A DNA stretch of 62,924 bases, filler included, from Hausera hauseri (lineage: Eukaryota), in NCBI GenBank assembly GCA_046269625.1. It is 11 parts of 11 records of this genome, joined end to end, with 100 filler letters (N's around TTAATTAATTAA, not from the genome) between each part and the next. Parts side by side here need not be neighbours in the genome. Positions count along the whole stretch, not along the records: positions 12,321 to 17,640 come from JBJURY010280729.1; positions 17,741 to 22,349 come from JBJURY010506463.1; positions 22,450 to 26,466 come from JBJURY010817197.1; 8 more parts are not named here. One strand, given 5' to 3'. Under the pieces are notes generated by a model. That model did not search any database. It had not been told where the DNA came from and was given only the letters and a program-made list of their open reading frames with translations. Shown in pieces: positions 12,396-23,570 of this stretch (within the stretch, counting starts at the first letter, position 1; every line of letters starts with the position of its first letter). The translations under genes were made by a program, and so were the position numbers.

Positions 12396-15300
12396 GGGGC
12401 AATCCGGTCTGTTAAAACTTTCTTCCATTTCGATCCAATCCATTTTTTCTCCGATTTTACAGATTCTATTCACCGGTCTCTTATAGATTTCCTCATTGAG
12501 CTTTATTTCCACTACTCTTACAACGCCATCTGTCCCAGGGAATATTTTTGTGATTTCAGCGACAGGCCAATGGTTCAATTTTTCATTTCTTTCCAGCAAC
12601 CATACTTTGTCCCCAGGTCTTAGATCCTCCTTACTTCCCTTCATCTTCTCATAGTTTCTTTGTTCTATTAGGAATTCATTTTTCCACCTGTTCCAGTATT
12701 CCTCGGTTAATTTTTGAATATATCTCCATCTGCTGGCTAAACTACTATGATTAGTTCCAGTTAATTCTGAAGATACTTCACCATTATGTCCTGCTACTAT
12801 GAAGTGGTTTGGGGACAAGATTATATCATTTTTGCAGTCATCAATAACTCTTACTAACGGTCTATTATTGACTATTCCTTCCACTTCTACCAATAAAGTG
12901 CCTAGCTCTTCATCAGTTACACACGCTTCCGGGAGCAATTTATTTAAGGCATTCTTCACCGATTTTATCATAGCTTCATAGACCCCTCCAAAATGTGGAG
13001 CAGCGGGGGGATTGAATATCCACCTTATTTCCGTATCCTTGAGTTCTTTTCTTAACGTGTACGTATCTATCCGGAATTCACAAATCTCTTTGTTTACTCC
13101 TACGAATGCTCCTCCATTATCGGAGATTACCAATGATGGTCTACCCCTTCTGCTGATAAATCGCTTAAAGGCCTTTAAGAACGAATCCGTGTCTAGTCCA
13201 TTTAATACCTCAACGTGTACACCCCTACACAGCAGACATGTGATTAGGCAAATGTACCTTTTTTCTTGAGCTAGTCCCCGCTTTTGTCGTGTCTTTATCG
13301 GTCCAGCAAAATCCACTCCAACTTTATCGAAAGCTTTGAGGGGTAACCCAGTCCTAAATGATGGCAGTGGGGCTCCCATTGTATGTGTTCCCTTAGCATT
13401 CTCTCTTTTACATATTAAACAATAATTTTGATACGATTTTACTAGTTTTTTCATCTTTGGGAACCAATAATTTTTACCCAACTCTGCCACTTGATGATTT
13501 ACTCCGGCTGCGTGTCGTAAGTTTAGATGAGTATCTTCGACTATTAATTTCGTTACGACACTCTTTGCAGATAGGATTATGGGATATTTTTGTTCCCAGT
13601 TCAACCACGAGGTCGTAATGAGTCGACTACTGGATCTCAACACCCCTTCTTCGTCTAGAATAGGGTTGAATTTCGCTATGGAACTTTTGAAATTAATCTC
13701 CTTCTTTGTTAATATATTTTTTATCTCTTGGGCAAATTCCTTCCGTTGATCTTCCTTAATTATCTCTACCTTAGCTCTTTTCCTTAATTCGACTTCCTCT
13801 AAGTTGTCATTGCTTTCCGTTTGCAACATCTCCGCTATCTTCTGTTTGATCATTTTTTCCCAACGAGATTCAACAAGTTGTCCCGCTTCTCCGACATTCA
13901 TATTGTTTTGGTTTTCTTCTCTCCCTGGTATAGCGTTCGATGACATAAATGTGAATGTATCTTTTCTTCTTTCTTCATCTTTAGGTTTTGGTAACCCTTT
14001 CGGTTGAACTGGCCATTGATCTTTTGTCTCCTTAAGGAAGGCAGGTCCGTTCCACCATTCTCCTTTATTTCTTAGTTCCTCTATACCCAATCCTCTTGAT
14101 AGGTAGTCTGCTGGGTTTTGTTCAGACTTTATATAATTCCATTGTCTTCCAACAGACTCCTCGTGGATGTATCCAATTCTGTTTGCGACAAATGTCTTGT
14201 AACATTTGCTACACCCCTTAATCCAGTACAGTACGTTCATACTGTCTGTCCAATACTGCATCTTATTTCCACGTTCGTCTAAGATTCTCCCTACCTTCTT
14301 TCCCAACTTAATCCCTACACAAGCTGCCAGCAATTCCAGTCTGGGTATAGCAATCGACTTTACCGGGGTTACCTTGCTCTTCGAACCTATAATCTTTACG
14401 TGGATTTCTTCCTTTATCCTTGACCTTAAATAAGCAACTGCTCCGTATCCCCACCTCGAAGCGTCGCAGAATATATGGATTTCACTATTCCCGTCCTCCT
14501 GAAACTGTAAGTTCCTTGGTATTTTTATTATATTTAATTTTTCCATTTCTTTTATCCAATTTTTTATTTTTTCGTTTAGTTCTCCTGGAACTTTTTCGTC
14601 CCAATCCAGACCCATTATCCATAGTTGCTGTAGATATATTTTACCCAACAACGTGTAGCAGCTCAAGAACCCCAGGGGATCGAAAACCTTTGCCAAGGTG
14701 CTTAACAATGTCCTTTTTGTTATGTCCACTCCTTGTTTTTCTCTACTCTCGAACTCGAAATTATCCTCATCCACTTTCCACTTCATACCTAATGTTTTGG
14801 TAATTACTTCCGTTTTTTCAACTATATTAAATTCTCTTGCCCGACTTAAGTTGGGGATGAGATTCATTAACTCGTCTGAATTCGACACCCATTTATGGGG
14901 TTTCATCCCCGCTGTCTTCCATATCTCATCGAGTTCATTATATAACGATATCGCTTCCTCTTCAGTCCTGACCGAGTCGATGCAATCATCCATGTAAGTA
15001 GAGTACTCGATGGTTTCGACCGCTCTCGGATACTTTTCCTTGAATTTTTCTGCATTATGTCTCGAAATTAATTGAGCCAAAAACGGAGACGCATTTAACC
15101 CGAAAACCAACCGGTCAAACTCGTAAGTCTTCAGTTTCCCATCTTTGTACCAAAGAAATCTTAAATACTTCCTATCTTCTGGTTTGACCTTGATTTGTAA
15201 AAACATCTCTTGGATGTCGCATATCACTACCCATTTATGCTTTCTCATTCTTAATAAGACATCTACGATGTCCAGTTGTAATTTAGGACCAGGTTCCAGA

Positions 15301-16355
15301 AAATCATTTAAACATTTTCCTCGGTATTTAGAGGCTGCGTCAAACACTATTCGACACTTGGTTGTTTCTCTATCGATTTTCAAGACAGGAAAGTGTGGTA
15401 AAAGCCAGGCTGAGTCTTGTTCCTCGTGTTCTTTTACCTCTCTTATATATCTTTCCTCGATGTGAGTTGTTATGACCTTTTCGTAGGCTTCCTTGGCTTT
15501 TTCATCTTTTTCTAACTTTTTTATTAACATGTTTAACCGTTTTTGTGCCAACCACTCATTTTTCTCTATTTCCGGTTGTTTTCCTTCTTTCCAAGGTAAC
15601 GGTACACAATACCTATCTTTCTCATAAGTCGTCTTTTCCAATACCCATGTTGTGACTTCCTCATCTTGTACGCTTCCTTTTGTTACCTTCGAATCCATGT
15701 TGAACTCTATCTCCCACAACCGGTTCAAATCACTTTGCAGTTCTTCAGTTTTCGTCCAAAAGGTCCTTACAAAACTACTGCTCGCTTTCTTCTTTCCCTT
15801 TTTTATCGTTCCCACACATGTCCACCCTAATGGAGTCAATCGCGCTACGGGCTCACCTGTTTTTCCGTATACCTCTTCAATAGAACGGTGTAATTCCAAG
15901 TAATTTGCTCCAATGATTCCGTTTACTTGTGATTGGTCAGGTATCACGTTGAATTTCAAATTCTTTAAATGAGGCCACCTTCGCTTTTCTGCAAACCAAC
16001 TTACCGCTTTCATCTTTCCAGTTGGATTTTTCATTGCTAGTGCTTCAAATTTAATACTCAACGATTGATCCAGACTCATTAACTCCAATTTAACTCTATT
16101 GATAGTCATCTTTGTTTGCTTTCCTCCCACAACCGTTACTGTAAGCTCTTCCGTTTGTTTTTCAACACCTAATTCTTCGCACACCTTTAGATCGACGAAG
16201 CTTTCAGTGCTGGCATCATCTAATAACATCACCACCTTTCGTTCCTTCATTCCATTTTTCAGCCACACTTCTATTGTTCTTAAGGCCACTGTTTCTTCTT
16301 CACTATCTAGTTTCTGAGAACCTTGCGTCACATAGGTCCTGACGTCCTTTTGTCG
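12342..16355 (-). CDS. pol: BEL/Pao Pol (PR-RT-RNaseH-IN), uninterrupted
   Basis: 1329-aa ORF. The frame stays open up to the N gap (RQKDVRTYVTQGSQK), so it is probably continuous with Gag. Confidence 0.96.
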   Translation of the reverse strand, partial: RQKDVRTYVTQGSQKLDSEEETVALRTIEVWLKNGMKERKVVMLLDDASTESFVDLKVCEELGVEKQTEELTVTVVGGKQTKMTINRVKLELMSLDQSLSIKFEALAMKNPTGKMKAVSWFAEKRRWPHLKNLKFNVIPDQSQVNGIIGANYLELHRSIEEVYGKTGEPVARLTPLGWTCVGTIKKGKKKASSSFVRTFWTKTEELQSDLNRLWEIEFNMDSKVTKGSVQDEEVTTWVLEKTTYEKDRYCVPLPWKEGKQPEIEKNEWLAQKRLNMLIKKLEKDEKAKEAYEKVITTHIEERYIREVKEHEEQDSAWLLPHFPVLKIDRETTKCRIVFDAASKYRGKCLNDFLEPGPKLQLDIVDVLLRMRKHKWVVICDIQEMFLQIKVKPEDRKYLRFLWYKDGKLKTYEFDRLVFGLNASPFLAQLISRHNAEKFKEKYPRAVETIEYSTYMDDCIDSVRTEEEAISLYNELDEIWKTAGMKPHKWVSNSDELMNLIPNLSRAREFNIVEKTEVITKTLGMKWKVDEDNFEFESREKQGVDITKRTLLSTLAKVFDPLGFLSCYTLLGKIYLQQLWIMGLDWDEKVPGELNEKIKNWIKEMEKLNIIKIPRNLQFQEDGNSEIHIFCDASRWGYGAVAYLRSRIKEEIHVKIIGSKSKVTPVKSIAIPRLELLAACVGIKLGKKVGRILDERGNKMQYWTDSMNVLYWIKGCSKCYKTFVANRIGYIHEESVGRQWNYIKSEQNPADYLSRGLGIEELRNKGEWWNGPAFLKETKDQWPVQPKGLPKPKDEERRKDTFTFMSSNAIPGREENQNNMNVGEAGQLVESRWEKMIKQKIAEMLQTESNDNLEEVELRKRAKVEIIKEDQRKEFAQEIKNILTKKEINFKSSIAKFNPILDEEGVLRSSSRLITTSWLNWEQKYPIILSAKSVVTKLIVEDTHLNLRHAAGVNHQVAELGKNYWFPKMKKLVKSYQNYCLICKRENAKGTHTMGAPLPSFRTGLPLKAFDKVGVDFAGPIKTRQKRGLAQEKRYICLITCLLCRGVHVEVLNGLDTDSFLKAFKRFISRRGRPSLVISDNGGAFVGVNKEICEFRIDTYTLRKELKDTEIRWIFNPPAAPHFGGVYEAMIKSVKNALNKLLPEACVTDEELGTLLVEVEGIVNNRPLVRVIDDCKNDIILSPNHFIVAGHNGEVSSELTGTNHSSLASRWRYIQKLTEEYWNRWKNEFLIEQRNYEKMKGSKEDLRPGDKVWLLERNEKLNHWPVAEITKIFPGTDGVVRVVEIKLNEEIYKRPVNRICKIGEKMDWIEMEESFNRPDCPKEGGNVGTGSLIGESGE

Positions 16356-16455
16356 NNNNNNNNNNNNNNNNNNNNNNNNNNNNNNNNNNNNNNNNNNNNN
16401 NNNNNNNNNNNNNNNNNNNNNNNNNNNNNNNNNNNNNNNNNNNNNNNNNNNNNNN

Positions 16456-17640
16456 TCTTTATTGATTTTTCATAAGAATTCCTATCTCCTTGTTCCCGTT
16501 TATTCCCTTCTCCATCATCAGTAACTTCTTTCTCTTTATCGATTCTTCGATGCAGGAACTTACAATCTTCTCCATATTTACATACTCCTCTTGTGAAGTA
16601 TTTGCAGACTCTTTTCTGGTTATTCTCATCAGGTTCGTGCGAATATTTACACTGTCTACCGAACTTGCATTGACCGGTTTTGTCAAAACTCCAGCATCTC
16701 TGTGACGATGTTTCTTGTCTTACGTTGTGATGGTTATTTTGTATCCACCTTTTACCTCCCCGATCCTTATTTTCAAATTCCTTAGTGGTCGTTTGTGATT
16801 TCCTTGTAAAGAATGATCGTTCATCTCTCGTTGACGCATATCGAGAATCACAGCTCGTGTTAAAAATCTCTATTCCCTTCACTCTTTCGATAGCACTTCT
16901 TCTAACCATTGCTTCCTTTTCTACCCAACCTTTTAACTCTTCAACGGTTCTATTCAGCTTTTTATCGACAACACTCCTTTCCCACAGTAATACAACCGAC
17001 TCGGGGAGTTTTTCCATGAGACTTTGGTACAACAATCCTCCGGCAAGCTCTTCGGTTCTTCCTAAGCTCCTTAATCTTACTATTATCCCCTCCATTAGTG
17101 ACACAAACTCGTCCAATCCCTTTATATCATCTTCTTGCACTCTCGGGAATCTCATTACTTCAGTCATGAACGCCGCATAGGAACGTTGTTCTCCTCCATA
17201 ATAAGAATCTAATTTTTCTAGTGATGCCCTATACCCTTCATCTGACAATTCGAAATTTTCCGTCAACCTCTTCGGCTCACCATATAAGCATTGTTCTAGC
17301 TGCAACTGTTTGCATACGGTAGACATCATTGTTCTTTCCACACATGTATCGAAAGTCCTTCTCCAGCGATCGTATTCAACAACAGCACCACCAAACTTCG
17401 GCAATTCTAACCTTCGCAATTTCGGCAAGATCATCTTTCCTTTCGTCTCGTCTGCTCCTACGCTTTCCGTTACTTTGACAACCAATTTATTATCCCGTAA
17501 ACTCCGTTCATGGATGATTGTATTAATTTTTTCGTTTTGTTCATCCAGTTTTTCGATCTCATTTTCCAGCAACGTCACATTTTCCTTTTTCTTCAACCGT
17601 CTGGCGACAGATGTTAACATACATAGCTCTTCTTGGATGT
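16456..17640 (-). CDS. gag: BEL/Pao Gag (partial) with two CCCH zinc fingers
   Basis: LRRLELPKFGG...W...F, LEQCLYGEPK; CWSFDKTGQCKFGRQCKYSH and CKYFTRGVCKYGEDCKFLH. Confidence 0.9.
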
Positions 17641-18354
17641 NNNNNNNNNNNNNNNNNNNNNNNNNNNNNNNNNNNNNNNNNNNNTTAATTAATTAANNNN
17701 NNNNNNNNNNNNNNNNNNNNNNNNNNNNNNNNNNNNNNNNAACGGTCGCTTCCCTAGAGTGTCCTCCGATCATCAGCCTTCGCGGCACGTTTCCTTAGTA
17801 TAGTGACATAAGCCATGTTTCCATCAAAGAGGTGTTCCAGAGGAGTTTTACACGTCAGAGATGGTTGTCTTTCTTAGGTTAAAGAACCGGGTTAAGACAG
17901 AGAAGTATCCGCCATGTTTCCCAAAGTATTATTCCATTGTTGACAGGGGCATTGAGGAAAAGAAGGAGAGGTCGTCCATGTTTCCCGTCAGCAGGGGTAT
18001 GAGGAAAAGGACGTCCATGTTGTTGTTAGAGGAGGTACCAGAAGTGGAGGTTTTTCCATAGTATTGTGCCATGAGCCTTCTGTTAGGTTGTTGTTAGAAG
18101 TGGCAGTGCTTCTTAGTTGTCCTTAGCTGATCTTGTAGGTGTAGCTCATAGGATAGGACGAGATGTATACACATTTATAACAAATTTAATTAGAAGAAGT
18201 AACAAAACTCGCTGCTATTTTCATAATATTTATTTTTTTCAATATCAGACAACGTTTATGCAATACTCATAGGTCATTTGTACATACATACATACTTACA
18301 TCTGTACATCCTTGACGCTAAGGGGTTACACCAAGGAAATGCTAAGGGGTTACT

Positions 18355-21300
18355 AAATTCTAACGGAACGATGGTAACATTATCGCTTTGTACTTGTCTC
18401 TTTATGTAAAAGTAGGATAGCGAATTTCTGTGTTTAGTATATGTGTAAACGGTCGATTTGATTTGTGTATTTTAAAACCGACATTTGCACCCCCTAGTTT
18501 CTAGACTTCTAGAAAGGTTTCCTTGTCTAGAAGACTTCTAGAAAGGTTTCCTTGTTTAGTGTGTTGTGTTGTTTGGTGAGGCCTTTAGTGCTGGTTTTAT
18601 CGTAGTCTCCAAAACAATAGTACGTTTTACTGCAAAGGGATATCATACCTTTGCCACACTGAATTCTAGCTTAAAGAGACCGGGAGACCATTTATCGTAT
18701 AACTTCTTGTCCCTATACGCCTGACAGTCTACCCCCGCCTTACCAGCTCTAGCTACAAATAGGGACCTATGGACTGAGAAAACTTCAGCGGGAAACCAAC
18801 AGTCGTAAACTCGGTAAAACCGTTGTCTAAGGCACGGTCTGACTGCTTCGGCTAAGTCGTCCATGCTGAAGGCCATATACAAACTGTCCGTGTCCATTTC
18901 GCACAATCGGAAATCGGACCTGTCTACAAACTTGTTGATAAAGTCGTAGTAAAACTCTAACATATGTAACTTTGCGTACTGGTACACAAAGAAGCCTATC
19001 TGTCGGGGCAGGTCCCAGACTATCTTTTTCTTAAGGGTCTCTATCTCGAAAAGGTCATCGGATATTTGCGTCATTTTTTTTTAAAGTGGGGATTATTGAC
19101 GCACTCGGTAGTGTCTTTACCCCGACAATAAGAGACCACCGTGTGCTTGGCTTTGTTAGTCAAAGTTTTTCCATAGGCAGAGTTGCTGAGCAACTTCATC
19201 GTATCACTAACAACAGAGTCGGCCTCGTTCTTGTCCCTCTGGCACCAAGCATCGGAGACGCTATCCCCAAATTTTTTAAACCAAGCCACGGTGTGATATT
19301 CAACCACCCGATATATCTTGGTCACATGTAACCCTTTTTTCAAATACCAGTTTAACAATGAAGTCGCCAGTAGTATCTTGTCGCCTTTATAACTCCCAAC
19401 TAGAGTGCGACGTGGACTCGTCAAAAGTTTGTTTTTGACGGCGTACTCCCGCATAAAATCGCCAATGTCGTCCCTCGAGACATCAACGTTTTTAAAGATT
19501 GGCGTCATTTCGCTAAAGTAATTTTTTTAACTCGTCTGGTACGTGGATATCGCATTCAACGAGACCAAAACACTTGTTTATCCACACGGCCTTGAGAATC
19601 TCTTCTTCTGTCGGCGGATATCTGAACGTGGTCGCGCCCTGAAGGGCATAGTGTTGAGAAATCTATCGATCGATGTGTCAGCTTTTTTCATCGATTTCCA
19701 CTGACATTCCCATACCTCGATCCAGGCCAGCCATTCCCGACTTTGTTTGGTATAGGAATTAATGGTATGTTTCTTAACCCGTCTTCACAAGTTCTTACAT
19801 TACAGCACATAGGTAAAGAGCATTGGCGTCATAACCCTTAATACTCGTAACTAATTTATCACCCCTAATGCGCGTCTTGTCGGCCGTATGCTTACGGTGA
19901 AACACGATACTAGCCCCCCGACTATATTGTCCCTAAGGTCCTGTTGGAGATCTTGCTGGTGTTTGGAAAACAAGGAAAAACTAACGTCGGAGGGCAGTGT
20001 TTTAAAACGATAGTTTAATGTCACACCGGGGACGCTAATCTCTTGCTTAAAAATATCTACCCCCAACTCGGCGTAAAACGTGACTTGCCTATCTAACGCC
20101 GTTATAAAGGGGACAACGTCTTTGTTATTATACCAGACGAGGAAATCTTTAAGGGTATGCATCACCTCCACTTTCCATACTCATTGATAGTATTCGTAGT
20201 CCTTTTCGAAGATGTTGCTATTTTTAAGGGTCGCATGGAAGGCAGAGTGGGGTGGGAGACTAGTTTCATCCAACTTGGCTAAACTATCTATATACTCGTA
20301 ACAGAAGAAACCTTTGGTTTCTTCCACCTTATACTTGCTGTACGTAAAGCCAGGAGCAAGGTAATTACATATATCGAGGAATTTTAACTTTTGTGTACCT
20401 AGACACATGAAGTTACTATTTCTCTTGACTACATAACTAAAGGGATCGGTCGAGGAAGCTTCCTTCTCGGCTTTATCCCTGACTAGGTCGGAAAGGGTAT
20501 TAACCAAATAGGGTTTAATAACGTTGATATCGTATTTTCCGCTATTAAACCCGATTACAGGCAACGCACGCAAGTAGCTTTCAACTCACGCAAGTAGATT
20601 TCCAACTTGTCGGCGAGGTCTGTGGCTTTCATCTCGGCTAGCTTGGAAAAGACATCCGCAAATTCTTTGCATAAGATGGTGTAAGCAGCATCAGCAATTG
20701 TCACGAGATGTTCTACCATTGACTAGTTTTTGGGGACACCCCTCGCTGACAAAAGTCTGTGGCTTCTCAAATCCTGGAATATTTGAGGCTATGGCCACCG
20801 ATAAAGGACTGCGAAGAGAGACATATTTCGTTGAAGTCGTCTCCCTTGGCAAGTCACTTGTCATAAAAAATGTCTCGAAATCATATGTAGCGTGGAACCT
20901 GTATACATAGTATCAACGATGATTCCGCGTTGAGCAATTTTCTCCAGGATCGTCTCGGGCGGGTTATAAATGCCACCTTTGCAAACATCTTTCGAGGCAA
21001 CACCCACGCAGGTCTTTTCATGTTTTACCATAGGCCAGTAACGATTCCACAGCTTGCCGCACTTGCAACGACCAAAAGAATGAGAAGAGTTATTAATGTC
21101 CGATATGAACAAGAAATGATAATTGAATAACAATAACCTCATCGTCTTGGGAAAGTGGGAGCTGCTTCTAATCTTGGGGGAAAGAACCTGATCTACGTAC
21201 TGGAATACGTCTACGTTTAGATTAAAACAAAGTTTGAGCCTAGGCAAGTCTACCAAAGCTACACTGGCGAATGGTTCGGCCAGGGTCGACCCTTGAAAAA

Positions 21301-22230
21301 CGTACCATTGTTTGAATAATTTTTGCATAGCTTTCCTATTGTCTCTAACGGAGCATTTGGTAAAGAGGTAAATTGTCAGTGTATGGCTTGGAATGTGAGT
21401 CGTGTTGCAATGTATGTATAGCTCGGTTATCTGAGATGTATCTAGGAAGATCTTGTAGGCACCCGACCGGAAAGTCAATCAAGTTATAAACATATATGGA
21501 TGTCGAGGGCACGGCTTCCACATAATATGAAGTATTGGGTCTATTTTTTAGTGCAATATTTAATGGGTTTGACTGATCCACTTCCCTTATAAAGCCTAAA
21601 AAATCTTGCCTTTTTGATGAACTATGGTAGAGTTTCAGCTGTCTACTATCTCATTTTCTAAGGATAAGATGATGCGAGAGGTTCACCTTGAAGCGAGTGT
21701 TTGGGCACTGAATACATCCAAGAGAAACGACCAGGAATGCTTATGGTCTGAAGTAGGAGGATGGAAGAACGTATAAGTTGATAGGTATTTGTTGATATTG
21801 CCATGGGTTTTAAGGACAGACCAATTATCTACATACACTGATCTCAGATCGCGCTTTCACTATCACCATTATCACTAGTGCTTTCACTAAAACGCGCATC
21901 TTCGATTAAACTAACACTAGTGCCTTCAGACACCCGCTCATTCACGTTTGCGCCCACACGAGCAACATCGATTACACCAAAATCGTCCACACTAGCACCA
22001 ACACCACCCGTACTGGCAACATCGGATTCCTGCCTCGTCTTTTTGGCCAAGGGTTCATGCAGTTCAACATCCGAGGGTCGCTTGGTATGTTTGTTATCAA
22101 GTCGCCCATAAGTGCGCCCACACAGCTCACAGCTAAAGTTCTGTTGCACATGCGCAGTTTCCAGATGTCGCCTATAACAATCTATTCTTCTAAAGACACG
22201 TTTACACTCGTCACAACAGTGTTTCTGTGA
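18355..22230 (-). pseudogene. polB: Second Polinton/adintovirus-like pPolB (different lineage), fragmented, with N-terminal C2H2 fingers and a Vsr-like nuclease remnant
   Basis: IGFNSGKYD, KFLDICNY, KGFFCYEY, YNNKDVVPF, GYDANALY (~19830), EVWECQW (~19710), KLLSNSAYGKT, EMDTDSLY, PGLFKLEF. CDECKRVF...H and CELCGRTY at 22100-22225. Confidence 0.88.
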
Positions 22231-22450
22231 AATAAAGAAAAAACATCCTTACTGTAGAAATATTTTAACTAATACACACTACTAGTAAGTTCCTAACCTT
22301 GCCTATACATAACTAATGCATGTATCTAACACACCCTGTTTAACTAACTNNNNNNNNNNNNNNNNNNNNNNNNNNNNNNNNNNNNNNNNNNNNTTAATTA
22401 ATTAANNNNNNNNNNNNNNNNNNNNNNNNNNNNNNNNNNNNNNNNNNNNC

Positions 22451-23114
22451 GCCGTTGCAAATCTCAAACCCATACTGAAAATAACCGAGGCACGATTATA
22501 CGTACGTCGAGTAAAAGTAGAACCATATGTGCTCATGGGACATCGATTGGGCTTGGAAAGGCAAAATGCCTGTTGCCCGATACAACGCACAGAACTCGTC
22601 TTTTACACCATACCGAAAGGTTCAACTATGTTTTACAAAGATGCACTGTTTGGCGACATGCGATTGCCGAAATTTCTGCTTGTTACATTTCATACGACGC
22701 TTATCCATAGCAATTTGAATTACATCAGTTTGGGTAAGAATGCGGATTTTGTTGAGACATACAAGTAGGATTTCCAGACCGACGATTATGTTTGCACTTG
22801 TATGCAATCTATCGTGCGCAACATGGGTTTGCTGAACAACAATGTCAACACTGGCATATCGATGGATTTGTTCAAGTCAACCTATCCATCCCCCACGTTT
22901 GTCCTGGCTCCAGATTATGATGTTGAACAAACTGAGCTACCTCAGCAGGAGGTTCACGTTTGTCTTGGCTCCAGATTATGACGTTGAACAAACTCAACTA
23001 TCTCAGCAGGAGGTTCACTTTTCTAAAGCGTTGGAGCAATCTACCGTGATGTACATCTACGGTGTATTTGATGCCGAGATTGAAATAACTAAAAACGGAA
23101 CCATCATTGTATAA
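22451..23114 (+). pseudogene. Polinton/adintovirus major capsid protein (double jelly-roll, hexon-like), C-terminal part, decayed; 61-bp tandem duplication 22894-23015
   Basis: ITEARLYVRRVKVEPYVLMGHRLGLERQNACCPIQRTELVFYTIPKGSTMFYKDALFGDMRLPK and terminal VHFSKALEQSTVMYIYGVFDAEIEITKNG match my recollection of the Polinton MCP consensus. Confidence 0.8.
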
Positions 23115-23199
23115 ATAAAATCCGCTGTGTCTCACGCTTCTTTCTTCTTTGTCGTACAATGAAGTAATTTATTTTGATAACTTGTACTATTATGCTTAA

Positions 23200-23570
23200 A
23201 TCACATTTTACATTTAGCCCCACTGAGCTCAGTCACCACGGAAAACTGGTCGTGGGCGCGAAATTTCGTGGCGTGTTTCCACTGGACTGTGTGCCGCGTG
23301 ATTTGCGACAAACTGGCGGCTTCATCGCCAATACACGCACTTCATCGTTGTCTGTGATAATATTGGATTGCTATGTACGTCCATCCGGCCGTCGTCAGAG
23401 CATTCAATCCTCTAGGATTTTACTATCCGTCATCGTTAGTTTCTCAAATTGAAAGACAATCATTATCATCATACCGTATTGGATATAATAGACTTCATTA
23501 TCAGCATTCAATGACTATACTGTGTGAACATTACTGCTTATTGTGGCTTACATTACAATCACTTTTGTAA
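23200..23570 (+). pseudogene. Polinton adenain-type (C5) cysteine protease, decayed
   Basis: FRGVFPLD...FIANT...(H)WIAMY...FNPLG...YN...Q...CEHYCL, directly downstream of the MCP. Confidence 0.75.

Larger units (their letters stand above)
12321..17640 (-). mobile_element. BEL/Pao LTR retrotransposon (internal region plus start of 3' LTR)
   Basis: Gag (DUF1759-like LPKFGG...W..F), protease LLDDAST, RT RIVFDAAS...YMDD, Pao RNase H HIFCDAS/IPRLEL/WTDS, integrase GVDFAGP/SDNG/GGVYE, C-terminal GTDGVVRVV. Confidence 0.97.

Noticed and set aside
16328-16355. Separate gag and pol ORFs with overlapping stop/start
   Set aside because: The frame across the 100-N gap is arbitrary; the pol frame is open up to the gap, so a single Gag-Pol ORF is more likely.
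12799-17696. Numerous short plus-strand ORFs opposite BEL gag-pol (similarly opposite the Gypsy and centlein sequences)
   Set aside because: Antisense shadow ORFs with no recognisable motifs.
6962-23570. pPolB, second pPolB, capsid and protease as one Polinton genome with a nested BEL element
   Set aside because: They lie on four separate contigs; adjacency across linkers carries no information.
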